A stretch of 64,000 nt of DNA from Trichosphaerium sp. ATCC 40318 (taxonomy: Eukaryota > Protista > Tubulinea). This document shows positions 55,550-64,000 of the stretch, piece after piece (the first letter of the stretch is position 1; the number at the start of each line of letters is the position of its first letter). A program made the translations under genes and the position numbers. Below the pieces are notes generated by a model. The model was not told the origin of the DNA. It saw only the letters and a list, made by a program, of their open reading frames with translations, and searched no databases. The DNA is taken from the NCBI GenBank assembly GCA_038496445.1, contig JALMLS010000255.1:578679-642678 (forward strand). The letters are read 5' to 3'.

Positions 55550-56098
55550 ATACAAAATTGTTAACAATACCATAAAATAACAATGCATAAAAATTGCTTT
55601 GATACGTTCATCTGTTACTGATGTGGAACTATGTTAATAGTACGAACACCAAAGAGTACTTTGATACGTTCGTTATCTTGTTACAACAATCAAGGCTACT
55701 TGTATGACTCCTACAAGAGCTTTGACACCTTATTCTGTTTTCTGCATAATGCAAGGGGAGTGTAAGTACAATTTCGACTTCTGATAAGCAATGTCTTTTT
55801 CTTGCTACACCAACTGTTTTGATTTCACAAACACTTAAGTTTGTCGTGAACCGATAAAAATCCCAACAAACTTTACGGTACGCCTTATTGCTGTTTTTGA
55901 GGCTTTTCTTGTTTTTAAATCACGTGCACATCTTTCTAGCGCTTTCCAAACACGTAATAAGATACCTTTAAGTGTATGAGAGCGTATTTAATGACTATAG
56001 TAGGTTTTCGGGAGGAAAAACCGTTTCTCCGATGTCAGGGCAATTAATTCGCCGGCGATTTATCATTTTTCATTCTCAACAATAAAGAACACAACAAG

Positions 56099-57345
56099 AT
56101 GGGTAACGCCTGCGAGTCATGCCATAATAAGAACGCACCAACAACATTGACATGGAAGTCGACTGCAGAAGATGTAGCACGTTTCTACAATGCTGATCTA
56201 AAAGGCAAAGTAGCTTTAGTAACAGGTAACAGCCACTCAACAATGTATCATTTTTGTTTCGTTAATTTATGTCGCCAGGTGCCAACATCGGTATTGGCTA
56301 TGAGACGGCTAGAGTATTCGCTGGAGCTGGCGCAAAGACATATCTTGCATGTAGAAGTAAGGATAAAGCAGATCAAGCCATAAAAGATTTAGTAAATGAG
56401 GGTTTGGATAAAAGTCTATTTGGGTTCCTTCCTGTAAGTCTAAATAAACTAGCAACTCGAATTTTCGTGTATGGCTAACCTCTTGTCCAGCTAGATCTGG
56501 CTTCACTACAATCTGTCAAAGACGCGATTAAAGAGTTCCATGAGAAGGAAGAGAAGCTTGATTTCCTTATCCTAAATGCTGGTACCCTTAGCAAACTCGA
56601 CCTTCTTACTTAGTTTTTTAAGGTATTATGGCTTGTCCAAACATGAAAACAAAAGAAGGTTTCGAAATGCAAATTGGTGTTAATCATATTGGCCATCACG
56701 CATTAGCAACAAGACTTCTTGATCTCCTTGAAAAAGGTGATAAATCTCGAGTTGTTGTTCTGTCTTCTGTCGCTCATGCTATGGGTACACTTGTTGTTGA
56801 CCTCAAACTATGATATTTAACTGTATGATAGGTAGTGGTAAAGATCTTAGGATTGATGACCTCAACTGGGAAAAGAGAAGCTATGGATCATTTAAAGCGT
56901 ATTCTGCGAGCAAGATGGCAAACATTTTGTTCGGGAAAGAGCTTCAAAGACTTCTCACTGAGAAGGGTTCCGAAGTTACTGTTCACATCGTTCATCCAGG
57001 AATGGTTAAAACCAATCTAGCAAGACACCAAAAATGGGCAAATGCTATTACACCTGTTTTGGGTGTAGTGGCCAAAGTTAAGTCAGCACCTCAGGTACTA
57101 CTTTTATTATGAGATATTTGACTTAAACCTTTGTAGGGCGCTGCTACAAGCATGTATTGTGCGCTAGAACCTAGCCTACAACAACAACCTGGTAGATACT
57201 ACAGTAACTCAAAGGTATGTTAAACTATGATGCTTGACTAAGAACAAAATAGGAAAAACAACCATCTACCAGAGCTCAAGATATGACTCTAGCAAAACAG
57301 CTTTGGGAAGCCACGGAGGATTTGATTGAAAAACACCTACAGTAA
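56099..57345 (+). CDS. Short-chain dehydrogenase/reductase (retinol dehydrogenase/WWOX-like)
   Basis: VTGANIGIG, LILNAG, GFEMQIGVNHIGH, VLSS, YSASK and HPGMVKT. Confidence 0.93.
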
Positions 57346-57503
57346 AATTACCGCATGTTTTGTTCTAATTAGAAAAATAAATATTATTTAATAGCCCTTC
57401 TTTCTCTATTACAGCTGATTTTTCATGTGGCCATTCAGATTCTGTGTTTCATTCAAACGTGTTGACCTGTTTCACAGTATAAACCAAATAGTTCGGGTGT
57501 GAC

Positions 57504-57758
57504 TTGCTACTTTATCATTGCCAGACGGTCAAGAATAGTAAGTACGACACAAATTACTTATCCCTCCACATAGATAAATCAATAACTTGTGTTGATTATG
57601 AAATGCATGGTGAGTATACAAAGTGGACAAAGAACGGAGAAAAACTATTGTATTGTTGGTACAAGAAAGGTAAACAAAATGGCAAGGCAAAACTGTGGTG
57701 GCAACTAGCCGAACAATGCGGCAAGCATGGCAACATCAATGGAATAACTAACGAGTAA
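57504..57758 (+). pseudogene. Degraded F-box/MORN-variant repeat gene fragment
   Basis: MHGEYTKWTKNGEK..YKKGKQNG repeats. An LSLPD remnant lies in another frame; frameshifts; no ATG at the 5' end. Confidence 0.6.
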
Positions 57759-57910
57759 AATTAGTGCACAAGGAAGTTAAGTACCGTATCTTTATTATAT
57801 TTTACTAGAGGTAGTTAATGTCAATGAACGAAAGGACCTTAGAACAGTTACAACCATCAGTACTCAGTACTAACAAGAATATATTAAAAAAAAACATGTT
57901 ATATTCATTG

Positions 57911-58513
57911 TTAATCCTTTGTCTTCATGCTGTGAAGCAAGTCTTTATTCTTTGCTTTCAAATGGACTTGGAACTTGTGAATATATATCATGCCATTATC
58001 GTGCCACTGACTGTATTCGCCATATAGCTTTCCTTGCTTATAGAAGGCCTTTTCCCAAAGTCTGCCATTATCATGCCATTGAAGTTGCTTGCCGTGCTTC
58101 CTACCTTGCTGATAGAAACACATTATTAACAGTTGACCTTTAACGTTCCACATCATATATTTACCATCTCTAAATCCATCTACAAAGTGACATTGCTGAG
58201 CAATTTTGAATGTAATCTGTTCAATTCTAAAACTCTTAAATATCCCATGTTTGTCTAAAGCTTCATTGAATCGAGAAGTCAATGCTGTTTTCAGGCATAG
58301 GAGAGGCCATTTGATGTATACATCAGCTGAAAGGTTTTGTATAATGATATGTAACTCAACGGGAAGTGCTGACAAGGATGAATTGATTGGATAGGCATCT
58401 AGTCGCCTGTGAAAGAAATAAGACTGAATATGTTATTAACATCGCGAGAATTACCGTTTGATAAAACTGTGGCTATTTCCTTTGTCATACACAAACAATT
58501 CGGAATCCTCCAT
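57911..58513 (-). CDS. F-box-like plus MORN-variant repeat protein, one 5' intron
   Basis: ATG 58513; GT-AG intron ~58454-58407; LSALPVELHIII..WPLL..DKHG, then about 4 repeats (HGKQLQWHDNGRL). Confidence 0.8.
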
Positions 58514-58921
58514 GGTGACGGAAAGTATCAGATTATAGAATGTTACTTATAGCCCCTTAAGTCAAGGGAACTATTTTTTTGTAAAAGAAAACATAAGCTG
58601 GAGCTGGTAAAAGGTTGCAAGCTAATAAGTTGTTATTTCCTTACTTTCAAATCAATCCACTGCAACATGTGTTGTTAATCGAAACACGCAAGTTGAAGAC
58701 TTAACGTAACAGCATGTTACTTTTCATTGATTACAATTAACCACAAGAAAAATATCATCTTGATAAATTGTATTCTCTGAACTGTACAACCGTAGTAAAC
58801 AGACTGTTTCTAAGTGGCTCGTACGCATTAATATCTTTGGTGTACCTTTAACGTTTCACTAAAAATGACTGGTATAACGTCACCTTATACGCCATGATAA
58901 AAACAAAAATACAGAATTTCT

Positions 58922-59583
58922 TTAAACTTTTTTTATTAATCGCAAGGACTTATCAAGTCTCCTTCCCGCGGCTCTTAATAATCTATTTGCCTGTTCTGTT
59001 TGTTTATGTTTATAATTGCGTTTCTTAGCACGTTTTAAAATTGATTGAAGGCAGTTCTGGTATGTATCAAGCACGTCATCAGTTGTACTTATCTCGTAAA
59101 ATTTAAAGTTATTTCTTTTTGCATATCCTTTACCCATGTCTGCAGAGACACATCTCTGATTTCTCAAGTCTGTTTTGTTACCAACTAGAAATATAGGTAC
59201 TCCTTCCTCTATAGCTGCTTTGACCATTGTTTGGTATAAAGGCAGTGCCGAAAACGAAGTGGGACTTGTAACATCCTAAAAAAAAAGCCGTTAATTTTTG
59301 AACTTGTTCGAACGAAACACAAAGCACGTACGTATATAAGTACTATCCCATTTGCGTCCATGTAGGTATTGTTTCCATACATATCCATAGATTCCATACC
59401 ACTTGTATCTACAAAATCTACACGTTCGGTATTGGCACGTGATATAAAGGATGTTTTGCCTATTTGTGTTGTAAGAACTTTATCCTGATAACGTAAGACC
59501 TTTGTGTTTTCTTTTGTTTTGTTTAAAGACTTACCGGTACTATTAGCTCCTATTACCACTATTCTTAATATTTGTTTGCTCAT
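58922..59583 (-). CDS. Divergent Ras-superfamily small GTPase
   Basis: G1 GANSTGKTS, G3 DTSGM, G4 VGNKTD, G5 EIST. Confidence 0.8.
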
Positions 59584-60320
59584 TTGTTGCTATCCTTGTG
59601 TTTGTTCGAAATAAATGCAGTTTTTTATGGTTCGCCACTCACAGTGACGCAAACTTAACAATTATGGTTCGTTCGTTAATAAAATCATCGCTAAAGACCA
59701 TTCCAAGCTACGTTTGCAGTAAATAAAAAACTGCTTGTTCGAAATTCTTTTCGATCACGTGATACGATAATACGGCGTAAGGTAATCTATTGAGGACATG
59801 GTTGTATCAAATCGTTCGAAAAGAATCTTTTTACGTAAAAGCAGTCAATGAAAAGTAACGCAATGCGAAAAACATGAATGATTTCGCTTAAAAACCATCC
59901 CTAATTAGCACGTCAGATAACGGAGTGTACGTACCTTGTACTTTTTTGTACTCGGGGAGTTATTATTCTGAAGAAAGTATACAAAACACGGCAATTCCAA
60001 AAAAAACTGCAAACAAATACTACACAAAGTGTCGGATTTCATTTAAAGATGGCACGTGTTTAGGGATAATAAGTAGAAGCATACAAGCACCCGTTTTGTA
60101 GCTCTGAGAAATTGAGACTTCTGTCCGAGAATTTCTTTTAACTAGCTTTACTAGCGTTTACTTTTTTGCTGTCTGTGGCGTGCATATAAACATAACAAAG
60201 TTCTTACTAAAATGAAGATGAAATCTGACGTCAGATCAAGCACTTGCGTTTTTGGGACTCATTCCGGATCAATTTCTTCTCAAGGCAGTAAATGCTTATT
60301 GACATAGGTCTTGTTTTTAT

Positions 60321-62015
60321 TTAAAGAGCAGGTTCAGCGTTTTTACAAAGAGCTAAAAAGTCGCTAGAGAACCATTGACCAGCTTCAGGTGCAGGTACGA
60401 CACTATCTTCAGAGCGACAGTGGAAGTCGTATCTTGTGGATGTGGTATTTGTGGTACCATCAGATTCACCTGTTGAGAAAGAATAGTTAACAAAAAATTG
60501 CGTGATGGAATTTAGAGCTTACCAGGAACTTTGACGAAGATGAAAGCGTCAATGTTGCTCACACCAGTAGATTGAGTGCTTGTGGTTGGTCTTACACCTA
60601 ATCCTGATCCCTTGATGTTACACCAGTTTGAGCAGTCTTGGCGAGTGTCTGGGTCACCGTTTCTTGATGTATCAATGACAAATGTCTTTCCTGTGATACC
60701 AGCTTGTTCTAGCGCTCCAGAGAGAAGGCTTGTGTAAATGACTTCATTGATGGCATTGTTGTATTGTGATTTTAGTTTACAAGGGTCAGCGGTACTGCTC
60801 ATGGATCCAAGAGGTTGGTAGTTGGCGACCTTAATAAAAGATTAGAAAAAAAGCAGACAAAGTATCAACATACGTTTGTAGCGAAACCGCGGATCTTGTC
60901 GTTACCACCAGCAAGAGCCAAGACTTTAGAGAATACAGCAGATGCTTTTTGGAGGTTGTCTGGCCATCCGAGCCAACCACCGTGAGCGGCATCAACGTAT
61001 AAGTGTACGTTGCTTAGGGTAGACAATTGTTGGATAGCGTAAGCAACACCCTAATACATGTTAACGTTTATACGCCGGAATATTTTTTCCTTACTTGTGT
61101 GTAAGCGGTTTCAGCTTCTTGACACTTTTGAATAGCCAAGTTGGTAGCGAGATTAGGCAACGAATCAGGTTCTGTTTTTTTTCGAAAAAAAGTAAGTGGA
61201 TTATTCTTTCATTGAGATTTCATGAGAAGTGTTACGTACCAACAATACCAACGATTGTTTGGTTAGGAAATCTCTTGAATGTAGCAACAATAGGATCAAT
61301 GTACTTTGTTTTGTATGTATTCAAACCTGGTAACAGTTAGCAAAAAAGAAATTTCCGCCAACATGTTTTATTTAGGATAAAAGTTCTTTCGAACGCGCTT
61401 GTACGTACCGTCAGCGCATGCAGCGTTTGCACATAATATCTCTCCGTTGGAGGCAGCAGCGGCGCAATCGCGGTTAGGTAAATCGTAGATTACGAACATC
61501 GTCAATTCACCAGCAGCTTTTGCATTTTCGAGGACTTTCAAAGCGCCTGGAATTTTCGACATTGAGTCCATCTAAAAAAAAAGCGCGTTACGGTTTGGTG
61601 ACACGTGATTTTTTCTGTTCGTAAACTTTTCGTTCGAAAAAGTTGGCAAACTTACCCAATACGCTACTGGGATGTCTCTGGCTTTCTCCAATAGAGATTT
61701 TTCTGAAGGATAATCTTTAATGGAAGAATCAACCTCCGCTTGGTAGTCTGGGTTTACAAAGAATGTCTCGCCCTCAAAAGGGTTTCCAGCTATCTTAGGC
61801 TAAGTTAAAGAGTAAGTTACTGGCCTTTTTAATAAGTTGTAGGAAAGTACTGACGGTTGGGACACGGGAAGTGAGTAAAAAAAGTTACGCCCCGTGGTAT
61901 TCACTTTTTAAAGCGTGTGTAGCTCGTTGAGAGTGTTCAGTACCTGATTTACTAATACTTCTGCTGAAAATGCAAAAAGCGCAGCAACGGCGCATAGTAA
62001 TACGAATGTTCTCAT
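60321..62015 (-). CDS. Secreted glycoside hydrolase family 6 cellulase
   Basis: Signal peptide; IYDLPNRDCAAAASNGE, EPDSLPNL, DAAHGGWLGW, IDTSRNG, WCN, VKVPGESDG and PEAGQWF. Confidence 0.95.
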
Positions 62016-62867
62016 GTGCGGCCTTTGTTGTGGGATACTTTTGAAAAAATGGACAAAAACGTGAAAAAAAAATGTGATAGGAAAAGTTTTACTGCTGAAA
62101 ACGCGGGCCAACTCACTTTATAAAAAAAATAATATTGGTCACAGGAATACTAGCGCAGCGTACAATTTCTTACTACAACCAATAGGTACTGAGTCAATGT
62201 GTGCATCAAAAAACAGTCACTCAAAACTTTACACACAGGTAAGTCGACCAACCTACTCCGTGAGCTGTTCTTATCTCTTCTATTGAGTATATTCACACAA
62301 CATAGACAGCTAAAATACCAGAGATAGTTATTTCAGCAAGCTACACGCTGCGTGTGACTTTTTAAGGTCCTAGTCGCACTAGCAAATATGTGCGCCCTTA
62401 CTTTTAGGTAAAGCTGTAATGCCCTTCTATTTTATCAATTTTATATGCTAACGATACTTTCTATTCTGTTAACAGTAATTTGATACGGAATAGCCACAGA
62501 CAGTGAACGTTATTTGTCTACTTTCAAACATAGCATCTATAGTAATAAGTGCGCTCTTGAGCATAATTGATAAAAGCACGTGGCGTCTTTACGCTTTTGC
62601 GATGAGACGGATTTATTGTTTTTTTAAAATTGGTTGATTGTCAGGATTTGCTAGCGCTGCACTAGCGTCCACCAACGCCAATACTAGCTCACATGGCACA
62701 TCACAGATATCAACTACAAACAATAAATGTGCGGTTTGGTTGATTAAAATCGCGAGGGTGGACAGGCTTCACAATTTTAAGCTTAACAAAGCCTACTGTA
62801 GCGTAAAGCACATTTGATTGTGAAGGAAATCTTAATACAATAGGTTAAGGAAGTTTATTCAGAGTAG

Positions 62868-64000
62868 CTACACTTCAAGGAACATAAAAACTTGGTCTTC
62901 TTCATACTCTACCAGTTTTATATCGGTTTCATAAAGTGTATTAGCAAATTTTTGTGATACATTTGTGCAAAAAATACACAACACCTTGACACCACCAGAA
63001 ATAAGTGGTACAAGCCATTCATCTGTTGCATTTGTTGAGGACAGATCAATGGTATGAACACCTGCAATACTTTTCATACATGTTCCAGTGATACCTTTAC
63101 AAGAAGCAAGGCCTAATTTATGTACACCAGCAAGTGCTGAGACTCCTTTGTCTGTAACTGATGTATGTTTTAAATCTATAACATGTACACCGCCCAATGC
63201 CAAGATACCTAAATCGGTGATTTTTGTACTATCCAAGCATATAGTATGAACGCCTGCTAGTGCCGAAACTCCTACATCTGTGACGTTTGTTTCATCCAGT
63301 AGTATTTCATGGACACCAGCTAGAGCTATAATAGCTTCATCTGTTACTGGCATTTCGTTCAAGTCTATGGAATAAACACCAGCTAATGCTGAAATACCCT
63401 TGTCTGAGATCAATGTTTCTGTTAAATCTATAGTATGTACACCAGCTAGTGCTGAAACTCCAACGTCAGTTATTGTTTGTACCGAAACCAAAGTTATTTG
63501 ATGAACCCCTGCCAATGGTGAAATACCTTTATCAGTGACTGATGTACCGTTCAAGTAAATGGTATGTACACCTGCCAATGCTTTAACACCCTCATCTGTT
63601 ATAAGCTCACACTGGTTCAAACATATAATGTGTGCACCAGCCAATGCTATCAAACCGTCATCTGTAACTGATGTATAGAAAAAATCTATTTTGTATACTC
63701 CTGCAAGTGAAGAAACACCAGCACTTGTGAAATTCTTACAAGAACGCAAAGCTAAGGTATGCACTCCAGCATATCCACATAATATATCATCACTAATAGT
63801 GACGCCGTCCATTTTGATCTTTTGTACCCCAGCTAGTGCTTTCAGCCCAATCTCAGTTACTTCAGGACGACTAAAGAAATCTATTGATTGAAGGTGTTTT
63901 GAGAGTTGCACGAGTGCTGAGTCTGTGATACCTGGACAACGAAAGGAACTCAAATGCTTTACTCCACATATAGACTTTACTCCCAAGGTCTGTTATACAG
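62868..64000 (-). CDS. Leucine-rich repeat protein (FBXL/cysteine-containing type), intronless in window, 5' truncated
   Basis: About 14 repeats of LAGVHTIxLxxTxVTDxGVSA (22-23 aa); apparent 1-nt frameshift or splice acceptor at ~63988. Confidence 0.85.

Overview
Gene-dense, AT-rich nuclear DNA from a eukaryotic microbe. The gene content (class C GPCRs, GH6 cellulase, formin, RhoGEF, Trp-repeat protein) suggests a free-living amoeba, probably Amoebozoa; that placement is inference. I hand-spliced about 27 protein genes with very short introns (mostly ~30-60 nt), which is why the supplied ORF track is fragmented. Housekeeping and signalling genes are interspersed with nearly intronless repeat-protein genes (F-box-like + MORN-variant repeats, LRR) of a style common in amoeba giant viruses. 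There is also one SDR pseudogene, one aberrant tRNA-like gene and one unassigned structured-RNA candidate. The most notable points: an in-frame TGA inside otherwise intact DBR1, with TGA almost absent as a stop; a myristoylated macrodomain protein carrying a putative DarT-like/QxE ADP-ribosyltransferase domain; ~7-fold excess of CACGTG, mostly non-coding; at least nine GC-AG introns. Three single-base frameshifts suggest assembly errors, so single-nucleotide anomalies need read-level checks. Exon structures and some gene ends are manual and approximate; no database searches were run.
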